A DNA stretch of 64,000 bases, from positions 32,001-96,000 of the IMG/VR virus record IMGVR_UViG_3300014204_007089, one strand, 5' to 3'. Origin of the DNA: a virus (lineage: Duplodnaviria; Caudoviricetes). The notes under the pieces are model-generated. The model searched no databases. It was not told the origin of the DNA and worked only from the letters and a program-made list of their open reading frames with translations. A program made the position numbers and the translations under genes. Positions 10,830 to 21,963 of this stretch are shown in pieces. How positions within the stretch are numbered: the first letter of the stretch is position 1; each line of letters starts with the position of its first letter.

Positions 10830-11645
10830 TTACAAAATTTCAATTTGATCCAAAAGAGATAATTTTTGATTAATTTCTAAATCAGGAACTATTATATTCT
10901 GAAATTCAGTAGTATTGAATGCTCTAAAATCTATACAAAAATTTATTGTTTCAATTATTCCATCTATTGGTATTAATCTTCTCCACTCACTACGAAAATC
11001 AACATTAATAGAAGCTTTATAAAGTTTATCTTGTTGACGATCTTCACCTTCGGAAACTCCGCCAAGACTTGGTTGACCAGATTTTATTAATAAACCAGCC
11101 TTTCTAAAACTTTCAAATCTTATATCAGCAAACATTAACATCAAAATATCTACAAGATTATCTCTAGAATAAATATCTCTTGTTAATATATCTATTGTTA
11201 AAGTTCCTTCCCAAGCTCCTGATAAATCAATATATTTAGGAGTAAAATATGATCTAAAATTTCCATATCCATCATCTATATAATATTTTTCATATTCAAT
11301 TATATCTTTATTTCTATTCATTGAAATTGGAACATATTTAGCAGATGATACTTTTACCAAAATAGCAGGATAGAATATTGCATCAAAATGACATGCTTCT
11401 CCAATATAAATTCTAGTTGTTAGATTATCATTATATCCAGCATCTTGTGGTAAATCTGTAATATCAACTACTTTTGGAAATCCAAATTCATCAGATACAT
11501 ATCTATAATATGTATCTTGAGCAAACTCTTCCCTAAGGATTCCTATAACTAATTCTTTAGGATAAGATGTAAGCGCGTTCTGTACAACATTATGTATATT
11601 GTACAGTTCATGCCTTACAAGATTTCCAGTTCCTGGAGTTGTCAT
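10830..11645 (-). CDS. Tail completion / neck protein
   Basis: 271 aa upstream of the sheath; YPAILV and 'RDNLVD' patterns resemble tail terminators; synteny. Confidence 0.5.
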   Translation of the reverse strand: MTTPGTGNLVRHELYNIHNVVQNALTSYPKELVIGILREEFAQDTYYRYVSDEFGFPKVVDITDLPQDAGYNDNLTTRIYIGEACHFDAIFYPAILVKVSSAKYVPISMNRNKDIIEYEKYYIDDGYGNFRSYFTPKYIDLSGAWEGTLTIDILTRDIYSRDNLVDILMLMFADIRFESFRKAGLLIKSGQPSLGGVSEGEDRQQDKLYKASINVDFRSEWRRLIPIDGIIETINFCIDFRAFNTTEFQNIIVPDLEINQKLSLLDQIEIL

Positions 11646-11651
11646 AAAATA

Positions 11652-11664
11652 ATACTAAAATATT
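11652..11664 (-). promoter_or_regulatory. Candidate late promoter, type example of (A/C)ATA-N5-GTAT
   Basis: AATATTTTAGTAT 6 nt before the ATG; similar motifs at 19745-19757, 23491-23503, 26105-26117, 21388-21400, 10815-10827 and 33539-33551. Confidence 0.5.
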
Positions 11665-11688
11665 GCTTATATATTATTGTTTAATATT

Positions 11689-14600
11689 TTATGGATAATC
11701 AAAAGTACCAAAGTTTTCTGAAGATACAATCCAATTTTCTGGATATGTACCAGATATAATATTATTTCTATCAGAAACATCAAACCAATTTGTAGAAATA
11801 AATCCATGACCATCACCTAATACATATATAGGTCTTGTTAAACCAGTTATATTAATTGATTTTAATGTATTTCCAATTATTAAATTATTATTTGTTTTAA
11901 CTGATGCATAAATACCATGTAAAATATTATTGCATTTATTTCCAGTAATAGATAAACTTCCAATAATATACATTGCATAAAGATATTGTAATGAAGTATT
12001 TGAATTACCATTTATAATATTATTTGCACAAATAATTTGATTATTATATGTTGGATTATTTCCAATAACAACTAATGCATATCTCTTTGTGGTTGAAGTT
12101 GTAACTATTTGATTAAATAATATGCTATCATGTACAACAAATGTATTTTCCGAAATAATACAATTATATTCAACAGAATTTATTTTCATAAATTCAACTG
12201 TATTTCCTCTGATAATATATTCTGCTCCATAAATTTCTTCATAATAATCAATTGAGTCGGCATATTTTCCATAACTATTTATAGTAGCAAATATACCACT
12301 TATAATTACTTTGGATTGATTATCTAATATGTGTATTTGATTATTTAATGAATTATTTATTATATTAAATCCAATTAAACCTAATTGATTATTACGAATA
12401 ACACAATTTTCAATATTACAATATGTAGGATTAATCCAACCATTACCAGAAGTAGTAGCATGTCCTGATATTAATAATCCTTGATAACCATCTATCTTTG
12501 TATCTTCAATTATAATATTAGACATTGTAGGATAATTCAAAGATCCTGCACCATTAATATTTATAAAAGCATATGCTAAACTCTTTTTTGCATAATCTGA
12601 TGAATCTTGTAAAATATTTCCACTAAAAGTTATATTTTTAAAAGTATTCGTAGTTCCAAAACATGAAACAAATGGTGGTCTTGGAGTGCTTTGTAAACTA
12701 TAAAAATGTGAGTTTTCAATTATAAAATTTTCTATATTTGTAGCAGGAGTAATAATACTTTTTGCAACAAATGCTCCATAATTATAATTCAAACCAAAAA
12801 TATTTATTGAACTAAGAGTTGTACTTGGTGTATAAAATACTTTTGCATCTTTAATCTTGCAATTTCCTTTAGTAAAAACCAAACCAATGTTACTATTTAA
12901 TTCATAAGTTCCACCAATTAATTCTACATAATTATCAAAAGATAAATATATTTCTGTATCATTAACTTTAACATATTTTACTTTAACTTGAGTAAGTCCA
13001 TATTCATTAACCCAGTTACATAAAGAATCAACTGTTATAAAGTTTGCATTATATCCATCTGTTTCATCACAATTACACCATGTAAAAGATCCTAAATCTT
13101 GATTTGTTATAAATCTACGAGCATCAGTAACTGATTCTAATATAAAAGTACTAGTTAAATCAGCTATAACTTTAGCTATGATTGTTAAATCTTTTCTAGT
13201 ATCAATAATATCTTTAAAACTTAAAGTTTCAATAAAATATTGAGTGCCAGAAGTTGTAAAGAATTGAACACCTACATCTTTAACTATTGCTTTTAATTGA
13301 CCTGTTTTAGTAATACAAATAAAATATTCTACAGTATCACTAATACTAGATTTAATTTCTGGTAATTTTACACTGTAAGAATCCATTGGTACAAATGAAC
13401 CATTTACTAATGCTAAACCACCTGAGAATGTTAAAAGAGATCTCCCAGTAGATCCTGTACCAACACCCTTATATTCGAATCCACGTACAATACCATTAGC
13501 ATGTAAATAACGTTCACCAGATTGTATAAATTCAATAGCAGAATCTGATAGGTTCGTTTCTGATACCGTTCCAAATTCTCTTAAATCAGTAATAGACATA
13601 ACATGATTACTACTATGACTTACACCTGCAATTAAGAAATATTCATCATTTTTTGAAGCTGTTGGAAAAATTTCAATATCTATAATTCTTGGTTCTGTAG
13701 TACATACAATAGTTCCAGGATTAATGGTATCTTCACGATATTCAATATCAATATAATTTATATATGTATTATCATAGAATCTTAATACATTGTCTTTTGT
13801 ACCTTTAGTAATAGGTCCAATATTTATTAAATTAGAAGTGCCATTTGGTTCACCTATATAACCATCAAACTCACCTGTAGATGAATTATAATTTCTAAGA
13901 CATAATCTAACAAAATATCTATATATAGAAGGATCTGTTTGATATCCTATTATTTTTTTAGATACATTACGTATTCTCCAATTATCTTTTAATGTATCAA
14001 ATAATATAACGGTTTGAGTGCTTTTTAAAATTCTTGCACGTTCTATTCCAAATGTATGACCTTCATTATTAATAAATATTTCATGATATCTATGATAATC
14101 ACCAGGAACATTTACAAGTTGTGTAGTATTAAAACCAACAGAATCGTCTGAGAAATAAATTCTTACAATATCTCCTATTGAAGATGTTGCTCCTAAAGCT
14201 ATATCTATATCATCAGAATGAACACCATTTATAACACTTATAGTTGTAGTTTGTACAATATCACAAGGAGCATTATAAGATACTTTACCAATAATAAATC
14301 TTCCATATCCAATAATACTTGGGTCATTTTGATTTATTGATTGTATAACAATTGTTTTACCAGGTTTTAAACCTTCAGATCTTAAATCTGCATTAATTTC
14401 ATATTGGACAACTTGAGATCCATCAACAATATTTACATCATTAACTACTGCTAATAAATATCCATCACCTTGTACAAAGTTTTTAGAACCAACTAAATCC
14501 CTTCTTGTTCCATTAATAACAGCATAACGATATTTTACTGGTTTAATTATAAACGTTGATAAATTAGAAGCTGATTGTGGTCCTGAATACGAAGTTGTAT

Positions 14601-16305
14601 TTATAGGAGATGCAAAACCAGCTCTTGATAAACCCAATCCTAATGGATCATTGCCATCATACGCATCCCCAATAACATTTTGTGTATAAATAGATGGAAT
14701 TATTGTATCACCACTAACAACACCATTTATAATAGAAAAAGAAGATTCATTATAAAAATCTGCTAACATTATACCAAATTCACCCTTTTGATTAAAAGCA
14801 ATAAATCTGTAATTATAACCAGCGGCTCTAAATGCTTTGTTTGTTTCTTCAACAACTCTATCTATTGTATATTTTCCACAACTAGCTCCTGCATCTCCTG
14901 TAACATCTATAGGTGGCAAATTTGAAAATGATGTTAATGTAGTATCTAAATATAATCTTAAATAAAGATTATAATGAGTAGAATCTAATTGGCCAGGATC
15001 AAACCCTAATCCAACAGCAACAGCTCCTCTTGGATTACCTAAAATAATTCCATCAGGATATGGTGAAATTCCTGGAAGAACAGGAAATATATTTTGATAT
15101 GCCCCAGCAGCTACAAATACACCCCATGTATTTGTATCAAATTTAGACTTATCAATTCTTGCACGTGCATATCCATCTATAACATTTACCAAATTATATG
15201 CATTAATTCTTACTACCCATTTTCTTTCAGGTACAAATTCATGAGAAACTGATTTAATTGGAAAATCTTCAGATACATACGAATATCCATCCTGCCAAAT
15301 ATATCCATCTTCTCCTTCATCCCAAATATAACCATCATATCCAGACCAAACTGGATATGTTATACGTACAATATCACCAACTAAAACACGTCCAAATTTT
15401 TCATCAAAAGAATAACTATCAATATCTTCTTGAGATGGTATAAATTCAACAATATCATCACCATTAGCTATTGTGTCATTTGGATCTGTTTGATCTGGCA
15501 TTGCTAAATAAACATATACTGATGTTAATGGAACAACATTCATTCCATATCCATCACCAGATAAATTATCATTTCTAGCAGTACGACAAATTCCATTTGA
15601 ATGTAATGTAGCTCTATCAAGACCAGCTGATAATGTTTCTCTTTGATCTAAATAATTAAATACAGATTGTACATTTGTTTTATCTACTGGAATTTCTAAA
15701 AATTCTGAAGAATCAACTTCAATAGCGCTAGCTACATGAGCATTTGTTATTTCATTTTCATGACCAATTAATTCGTTATTAATTTCTACTAATGCAGATG
15801 CTACATTAACCGATGGTCTTGGAGTTCCATCTTTTTCATATAAAGTATATAAACCACCATCTAACATAATAGCACTAGCATTATGATTAGATGAAGTTCC
15901 TGCTATATGTCCTATAATATTTAGATTAAGATTTAATAAACTTAATTGAATAGAAGAAATAGAACTTACTAAAGTTTCTATTCTATTATTTAAACTTGAA
16001 GTTCCAAAATCAAGTTTAAGTTTTGATTCTATTATATTTGCATTTGTTGCAATTTGATTATTATCAATTGGAAATGTCGGTAATCCTAAACCAGTTAAAT
16101 TAGGAGTTCCATCAGCATTGATAAAAACAGAAATACGATCATTTAAATTTGTTTTTGAACCTTGCACATTTATACCAATTGTTTTTTCAATAGAAAAAAC
16201 AGCTTGTCTTAATTGGTTTATTGCAGTAGTTCCAAGTTCAGATAAATTATCATCAATCCTAACTACACTTACATCATTATCAATTGCTGAAGGATAAGTT
16301 GTCAT
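11689..16305 (-). CDS. Large tail fibre / baseplate-attached protein with C-terminal parallel beta-helix
   Basis: 1538 aa; N-terminal anchor similar to that of 28596..33503; C-terminal I..N.I beta-helix repeats; 9 DGY motifs. Confidence 0.6.
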   Translation of the reverse strand: MTTYPSAIDNDVSVVRIDDNLSELGTTAINQLRQAVFSIEKTIGINVQGSKTNLNDRISVFINADGTPNLTGLGLPTFPIDNNQIATNANIIESKLKLDFGTSSLNNRIETLVSSISSIQLSLLNLNLNIIGHIAGTSSNHNASAIMLDGGLYTLYEKDGTPRPSVNVASALVEINNELIGHENEITNAHVASAIEVDSSEFLEIPVDKTNVQSVFNYLDQRETLSAGLDRATLHSNGICRTARNDNLSGDGYGMNVVPLTSVYVYLAMPDQTDPNDTIANGDDIVEFIPSQEDIDSYSFDEKFGRVLVGDIVRITYPVWSGYDGYIWDEGEDGYIWQDGYSYVSEDFPIKSVSHEFVPERKWVVRINAYNLVNVIDGYARARIDKSKFDTNTWGVFVAAGAYQNIFPVLPGISPYPDGIILGNPRGAVAVGLGFDPGQLDSTHYNLYLRLYLDTTLTSFSNLPPIDVTGDAGASCGKYTIDRVVEETNKAFRAAGYNYRFIAFNQKGEFGIMLADFYNESSFSIINGVVSGDTIIPSIYTQNVIGDAYDGNDPLGLGLSRAGFASPINTTSYSGPQSASNLSTFIIKPVKYRYAVINGTRRDLVGSKNFVQGDGYLLAVVNDVNIVDGSQVVQYEINADLRSEGLKPGKTIVIQSINQNDPSIIGYGRFIIGKVSYNAPCDIVQTTTISVINGVHSDDIDIALGATSSIGDIVRIYFSDDSVGFNTTQLVNVPGDYHRYHEIFINNEGHTFGIERARILKSTQTVILFDTLKDNWRIRNVSKKIIGYQTDPSIYRYFVRLCLRNYNSSTGEFDGYIGEPNGTSNLINIGPITKGTKDNVLRFYDNTYINYIDIEYREDTINPGTIVCTTEPRIIDIEIFPTASKNDEYFLIAGVSHSSNHVMSITDLREFGTVSETNLSDSAIEFIQSGERYLHANGIVRGFEYKGVGTGSTGRSLLTFSGGLALVNGSFVPMDSYSVKLPEIKSSISDTVEYFICITKTGQLKAIVKDVGVQFFTTSGTQYFIETLSFKDIIDTRKDLTIIAKVIADLTSTFILESVTDARRFITNQDLGSFTWCNCDETDGYNANFITVDSLCNWVNEYGLTQVKVKYVKVNDTEIYLSFDNYVELIGGTYELNSNIGLVFTKGNCKIKDAKVFYTPSTTLSSINIFGLNYNYGAFVAKSIITPATNIENFIIENSHFYSLQSTPRPPFVSCFGTTNTFKNITFSGNILQDSSDYAKKSLAYAFININGAGSLNYPTMSNIIIEDTKIDGYQGLLISGHATTSGNGWINPTYCNIENCVIRNNQLGLIGFNIINNSLNNQIHILDNQSKVIISGIFATINSYGKYADSIDYYEEIYGAEYIIRGNTVEFMKINSVEYNCIISENTFVVHDSILFNQIVTTSTTKRYALVVIGNNPTYNNQIICANNIINGNSNTSLQYLYAMYIIGSLSITGNKCNNILHGIYASVKTNNNLIIGNTLKSINITGLTRPIYVLGDGHGFISTNWFDVSDRNNIISGTYPENWIVSSENFGTFDYP

Positions 16306-16321
16306 TTACGTTCCTTTTTAA

Positions 16322-16750
16322 TTACTCTTTTTCTTCTACATTTTCTGTAATATCATTTTTTAATATGTTTACATTATTAATTTTTTCTTTAATTGAATTT
16401 GGTAAATATTGATCGATAGATTTTTTAGCAAATCCATAAATTTTACTACTAGCTAAACCAGCAATAATACCTACAAATGTACGCGCCGAATCACTAGATA
16501 CAAATTCTTCTGGAAATGGATAATCTTTAAGAAGATATGCTAACAAACCACCAACTAAAAGTGGAAGACCTCTTAATATCCATTCTCTCCAAAAAAATAT
16601 TATATGATTTTCTAATTTATCAGGAATTATAAAAGATATTTTCTTTATTATTGTTTCTACTATTCTTCTTAAAATCAAAACCATAATAGCAATTACAAGT
16701 GAGAAAATAAAAACAGATGTTGTAAAAATATTTAAAAATGTTTGTTCCAT
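16322..16750 (-). CDS. Small membrane protein, holin-like
   Basis: 142 aa; about three hydrophobic segments and a charged C-terminus. Confidence 0.45.
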   Translation of the reverse strand: MEQTFLNIFTTSVFIFSLVIAIMVLILRRIVETIIKKISFIIPDKLENHIIFFWREWILRGLPLLVGGLLAYLLKDYPFPEEFVSSDSARTFVGIIAGLASSKIYGFAKKSIDQYLPNSIKEKINNVNILKNDITENVEEKE

Positions 16751-16765
16751 AAATCACCTACTATA

Positions 16766-19738
16766 TTAAAAATCATAATTACCATAATTCTCTGATGTTA
16801 AAATCCAATCACTAGCTCCTGACCCATCTAAAATTATTGTTTCATCATCAATATCAAACCAATTTGATGAGACTATACCATGTCCACCTACTACAAAAAT
16901 TGGTTCAGTCATAGAAACTTTATAATTAGAATTAAAAGAATTTCCACAAATTAAACTACCATTCATTGTAGCATTAAGTTGAATAAAATTATTTGCTAAA
17001 GTACCAACATTACAATACCATGATAAAATCATATTACTATTTATATTTGCAATACCACTAGTTACTATAGATGTTGCACAATGATATTGTGTAAGTATTC
17101 CAGTGTTTCTATGTTCTATAGTATTATTTATAACTTTTACTATAGAATATATACCCGCATAATAAGTATTTATTCCTAGGGCACTTATTATATTAACAGT
17201 CATAGCAGTGCCATTAGGATATACAAGAGTATAATCATGACATGAATAATTTACATCATTTGAATTAAAATTAACATTCCAACCAGGTGCCATTATATTT
17301 ACCAAACACCCAATTAAAGTTCCATATTCAGACCTTACATCAATTGGTCTTACATTCGTTCCTGTTAAAACTCCAATAAATTTATTATCAGAAATATTAA
17401 TAGATGAAGAAGATATTTGACCTTCTTCATCAGAAAGAACACTGCCAACACACATTGTATGATTAGAATATCCTGCAGTAGATGTTTTTATACATAATAC
17501 ATTACTTATACCATTAGTTGGAATATCATGATGTCTAATTTCATTTCCATGTATATTAATTTTACCACCAATAATTCCAGAACCACTACTAACACTAAAA
17601 TCATAAATATAAACAGGAATTCCACCAATTATTTTGTTGTTATTTAATTCTATTAATTTTTCAGATGATAAATAACAACAAATAATTGAATGTAAAAAAT
17701 CACCTGTTACATATAAACCTTTTTGATCTGGTCCAGAAATATTACTATTATTAATTACTAAAGAATTTGTACCTGTAATATTAGTGTGATATTTATAATA
17801 ATTTACAGAATTTAATAAACTAGCAGATACTAATACTTGTGGACTGTTTATATTTATATTATCTATAAATACGTTATAAGCATTTATAAAAATATAACTT
17901 TTTTGATTTGTAATAGCTGATTTTGTTCTTATTCCACTAGCGGTTAGATTAAATATACAATTTTCTAAAGATACATAAGCATTAACATTGTTAACTCTAA
18001 AACCATAACCATAACCATTAAAATAACAATTTAAAACATAGCAAGAACTTGATAATATATCTAAATTAACAATATCACTAAATACTCCGGTTTGTTCAAA
18101 TCTACAATTTTCTACAATGGCACTTTTTGTATTTTCAATACCTACAGTACAATTAATAAATGAAACATTTTTGAAAATATTATAATCTTGAACATCTTGT
18201 AAATTAGAAATAATTTGTTGAGGATGATTAATTGCTACAAATTCAATATTTTCTGCTTTACCAATATAATTAGTATAAACTCCAGAAGTTAAATTTTGAA
18301 TATCAGAATTTAATTGAATAATAACTTTACGACTTGTTCCATATGTACTACTAGTACTAATATTTCCAATAATTTTTCCAACTTTAAGTTGAGTATTAAC
18401 AGTATATGTTCCAGGATTAACAATAATAATCTGTTCACCCCTACTACTAAGATAATTTTCATCTATACTTGAAATACCAAGCGCGGTTGTATTTATTAAA
18501 GAATTAACTAATTCAAGAGAATCTGTTCCTGTAAAATCACCAGTTGAATGTATACCATCACCTATTGTAATATACCATGGATTACTTTTAACTGATCCCC
18601 AAAAATTTCCTACATCAGATAATATAAAAGCCCATTTAACAACCCTTGAATCAAGAATATAATTAGTACGAGACATTAATTCATTTGAATCAGGATTATC
18701 AGTTATAAAAATACTACCTTTATTTCCAATCAAACTAACAAATGCATTTTCAACTGGTACAGCTTGCGCTATCAGATTTAAAAAATATCCATATTTTGTA
18801 TACCCTGTTAAAGTATATGCAAAATAATAATTATTATGAATAAAAATTTTACCAATACAAGTTGAAATAAAATAACCAGTATTTGTTGTTGTTATAGTCC
18901 TTACCCTGCAATTTTCTACACGTAATTCTGATAAATGAGGTTCATTAGTTGGTGCAAATCTTATAGCTGTACTAACACCATCAATATAACATTTATTTAA
19001 ATGAAGAATTGTTGGAGTACTAACAGGTGCTGGTGAAACAGGTGTAACAACTCTTATACCATAACGAGTTGTTATTCCACCATATACGCGACCAATAATT
19101 GTAACATTTTCTAATAATAATTCGCACCCTTCGTCCATTTGTATTAATTGTCCATTAGTCCAAGAAGGTGCTCCACTATTTACATTTCCGTCTTTATTAT
19201 CAAATATGGTTATATTCCAAAGTCTACTCATTTTTGTAGATATTATTGTTTCAAGACCATGTATACCAAGATTTTCAATATCTTCTGAATATAAAAATTT
19301 AAAAGCTGGACCATTAATAACTTCTGATACTATTCTAGCTCCACCTGGTTCTCCCCAAATAGTAATACCTTTAGGAACCTCAACGGTTTTTCTTAAAATA
19401 TAATCACCAGGTTTAATTACAATAATTCCACCAATACCATTGATTCTAATTCTGGCAAAAGCCCATTGAAATGCATAATATAAATCTTCTTTTGGAAGAG
19501 TATTATAACCATCTCCAATAGTAATAAAACCACCATTAAGACCACTAAAAGCTAATTCTTCTAATGTTCCTTGTAATGTTGTCGATGTAAATTCAGGAAG
19601 TACAGGATTTAAATCTATTTGAGTAGCATCATGTCTAAAATCACCACCATTATAATGTGCAACGAAATTCTGATTATGAGTAGCTGAATACCCACCTTCT
19701 CGTTCACGTCCACTTCCAATAAATCTAGTTCTGACCAT
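16766..19738 (-). CDS. Tailspike-like pectin-lyase-fold (beta-helix) protein
   Basis: GGIIVIKPGDY...VPKGITIWGE motif typical of tailspike beta-helix entry; a second IIVNPGTY copy; Asn/Ile-rich repeats. Confidence 0.65.
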   Translation of the reverse strand: MVRTRFIGSGREREGGYSATHNQNFVAHYNGGDFRHDATQIDLNPVLPEFTSTTLQGTLEELAFSGLNGGFITIGDGYNTLPKEDLYYAFQWAFARIRINGIGGIIVIKPGDYILRKTVEVPKGITIWGEPGGARIVSEVINGPAFKFLYSEDIENLGIHGLETIISTKMSRLWNITIFDNKDGNVNSGAPSWTNGQLIQMDEGCELLLENVTIIGRVYGGITTRYGIRVVTPVSPAPVSTPTILHLNKCYIDGVSTAIRFAPTNEPHLSELRVENCRVRTITTTNTGYFISTCIGKIFIHNNYYFAYTLTGYTKYGYFLNLIAQAVPVENAFVSLIGNKGSIFITDNPDSNELMSRTNYILDSRVVKWAFILSDVGNFWGSVKSNPWYITIGDGIHSTGDFTGTDSLELVNSLINTTALGISSIDENYLSSRGEQIIIVNPGTYTVNTQLKVGKIIGNISTSSTYGTSRKVIIQLNSDIQNLTSGVYTNYIGKAENIEFVAINHPQQIISNLQDVQDYNIFKNVSFINCTVGIENTKSAIVENCRFEQTGVFSDIVNLDILSSSCYVLNCYFNGYGYGFRVNNVNAYVSLENCIFNLTASGIRTKSAITNQKSYIFINAYNVFIDNININSPQVLVSASLLNSVNYYKYHTNITGTNSLVINNSNISGPDQKGLYVTGDFLHSIICCYLSSEKLIELNNNKIIGGIPVYIYDFSVSSGSGIIGGKINIHGNEIRHHDIPTNGISNVLCIKTSTAGYSNHTMCVGSVLSDEEGQISSSSINISDNKFIGVLTGTNVRPIDVRSEYGTLIGCLVNIMAPGWNVNFNSNDVNYSCHDYTLVYPNGTAMTVNIISALGINTYYAGIYSIVKVINNTIEHRNTGILTQYHCATSIVTSGIANINSNMILSWYCNVGTLANNFIQLNATMNGSLICGNSFNSNYKVSMTEPIFVVGGHGIVSSNWFDIDDETIILDGSGASDWILTSENYGNYDF

Positions 19739-19766
19739 ATTCTAATACTCCAATATTACAGGTTTC

Positions 19767-21377
19767 TTAAGGCATAATAATTTGATGACTATGAGAAAAT
19801 AAATCTATTACAATTCCATTTACAACAGCATGTCCATGACCTTGTTCACTACTCGTTATCTGATTTATTTGAGAAATATTAATAATTTTCTCAGAAATTT
19901 TTACACGATGCATATGTGGAATTAAAATACCATTAGGCCCTAACATCATACCAATAGTTGTAAGTATTTCTGATGGCATTGTACTAGTATCTCTAAAAGA
20001 ACGAACTTGATAAATAGGATCTGTCTTACGCACTCTTATAGCTGTAAATTTTTGTAAACCAGAATCTTCTAATAATGTTCTATTTCTCTCAACATCTATA
20101 ATTTCATATCTCCATTCTTCAGAACCATCTTTATTAAATCTAATTATAAAATCACCATCTTGAACTGATGGTGTAACTAATGTCCAACACTTTGGAATAT
20201 AAGTATTTTCAATACCAGGATCTTCTCTCTTAAGATCTTCTGTTGTAGGTCCAAAACGTACAAGAATTTTCCCATCACTTCTTCGTGAATTATAATATTG
20301 ATCATATCCATTTACCATAGACGTACCATAATTATCTAATCCACGGTAAGTTGTATTTTCTCTAGTAGAATCATAATGTTGTGATTGTTTACCTTCCCAT
20401 TTTCTTCTAAACAAAACAACTGGTTCACCAGTATTTTCAAGTAAATATTCTTCTCTCATATTCATATGTTCTTGAACACCAATGCCACGAATAGCATTAC
20501 CAACACCCCATTCTCCATCGGCACAACCAAGCTCCCCTCCGAAATATGTACCAATACATCTTCCTGCAATATAATCTGATACACTGTTACGATCCCAACC
20601 AGTATTATCATATTTTGGAAAATCTGAATTGGCAGCATCTACTACTGCTAAATTACTATTTCCAGTTAAAATATCTACACGTTCTCTATAACCATCTACT
20701 ATTGTTCGTGCATATTGAAATTCAAATTTATTTTCATCCAAACCTATTACATTATTTCCATCTTCAAAACCTTTCCAAAGACGAACAATTCCATCAGAAT
20801 AATGATAACCATCATATCCATCAATTGTATGACTTCTAGGTTCGTATCCATAAACTCCACGTTGATCATAACCATCTAAAATTAAATATCCATTTACATA
20901 ATCAACCGAAGAATAATAAATTGGTTCTGCCCCTATTAAAACAATTCCAGTAGAAGGAAATCCATCAGCATCATTAAGTGGAATTATAAGATCTGTAGCT
21001 GAAATATTATATCTTAAAGCAGCTTCCGGATATATGTAAAACCCATTTATGTTAGGAAGCTCATTAAATCTTAAAGTTTCAGGCTCATGACCAGATGCAC
21101 GAACAGCAAAATAATAAATACTACCAGGTGTAAAACCATCTTGTATCATCATAGATAAAATATTATTTGGTGCTACAAATTTTACACCTTCTGTAAAAAT
21201 ACTTTCTTTTATTGATGAAAAATAAATATTATAAACCAAATCCCAATTTGATGGCGAAATATAAGATCTATACCATTCTAAAGAAATAGAATATCCATCT
21301 CCATGAGCTATAACTGTTTTAACCCCATGAAGTGAACTATCAAATGTCCAAATTTTAATTGGTGATGTACATATCAT
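19767..21377 (-). CDS. Virion neck/head-closure-like protein with FN3-like N-terminus
   Basis: L.W....YNIY...YYFAVRA FN3 pattern; C-terminal 'GEPVVLFRR...DGDFIIR...RYEI' resembles neck proteins; 5 DGY motifs. Confidence 0.5.
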   Translation of the reverse strand: MICTSPIKIWTFDSSLHGVKTVIAHGDGYSISLEWYRSYISPSNWDLVYNIYFSSIKESIFTEGVKFVAPNNILSMMIQDGFTPGSIYYFAVRASGHEPETLRFNELPNINGFYIYPEAALRYNISATDLIIPLNDADGFPSTGIVLIGAEPIYYSSVDYVNGYLILDGYDQRGVYGYEPRSHTIDGYDGYHYSDGIVRLWKGFEDGNNVIGLDENKFEFQYARTIVDGYRERVDILTGNSNLAVVDAANSDFPKYDNTGWDRNSVSDYIAGRCIGTYFGGELGCADGEWGVGNAIRGIGVQEHMNMREEYLLENTGEPVVLFRRKWEGKQSQHYDSTRENTTYRGLDNYGTSMVNGYDQYYNSRRSDGKILVRFGPTTEDLKREDPGIENTYIPKCWTLVTPSVQDGDFIIRFNKDGSEEWRYEIIDVERNRTLLEDSGLQKFTAIRVRKTDPIYQVRSFRDTSTMPSEILTTIGMMLGPNGILIPHMHRVKISEKIINISQINQITSSEQGHGHAVVNGIVIDLFSHSHQIIMP

Positions 21378-21403
21378 ATCACCAGATATACCAAATTATC
21401 CAT

Positions 21404-21955
21404 CTACTTTTTAGAACAAAATTGATAAAATAACTCAGAATTAAATGCTATAGCTAATAAGTTTTCTTTCCTATTATTTCGTTTTTTATCATCAACTGAA
21501 TTATCTCTATGTCGATCTAATACTTTTTCAATATATTCTTCAGCTTCTTCTTCACCTTTTGTATCTGAAATATATTTTGTTTGATTTTGAAATCCTTCTT
21601 GCTCTACAGGATTGTCAAGATAATTATCATCATCAGATCCTGGTGTTGGTTTAGTTCCAGTTGTCTGTTGTGCAAAATGCGTTACTTCATGAGCTAAATA
21701 ATGATCATTATTATTTTCAAAATCATCATCTTTTAATAAATCTATATTAATATATATAATTCCATGATCTGTTCGAGCAGAAACTGGTATTTTAGCAAAA
21801 CAAATTGGAATTAAATTAATTTCTTCCTTATCTAAATTGTATTTATCAAAAATATCTTTAACAACATCATGATTTAAAACCTTTTTACGAATCTTTTCAA
21901 TAATAGGTAATAATTTTTTATGAGGTAATCCTTTTGTAATTATTTCATCAGACAT
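21404..21955 (-). CDS. Zincin-like metallopeptidase
   Basis: LAHEVTHFAQ (HExxH) plus downstream YLDNPVEQE glutamate. Confidence 0.6.
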   Translation of the reverse strand: MSDEIITKGLPHKKLLPIIEKIRKKVLNHDVVKDIFDKYNLDKEEINLIPICFAKIPVSARTDHGIIYINIDLLKDDDFENNNDHYLAHEVTHFAQQTTGTKPTPGSDDDNYLDNPVEQEGFQNQTKYISDTKGEEEAEEYIEKVLDRHRDNSVDDKKRNNRKENLLAIAFNSELFYQFCSKK

Positions 21956-21963
21956 ATAACTCC

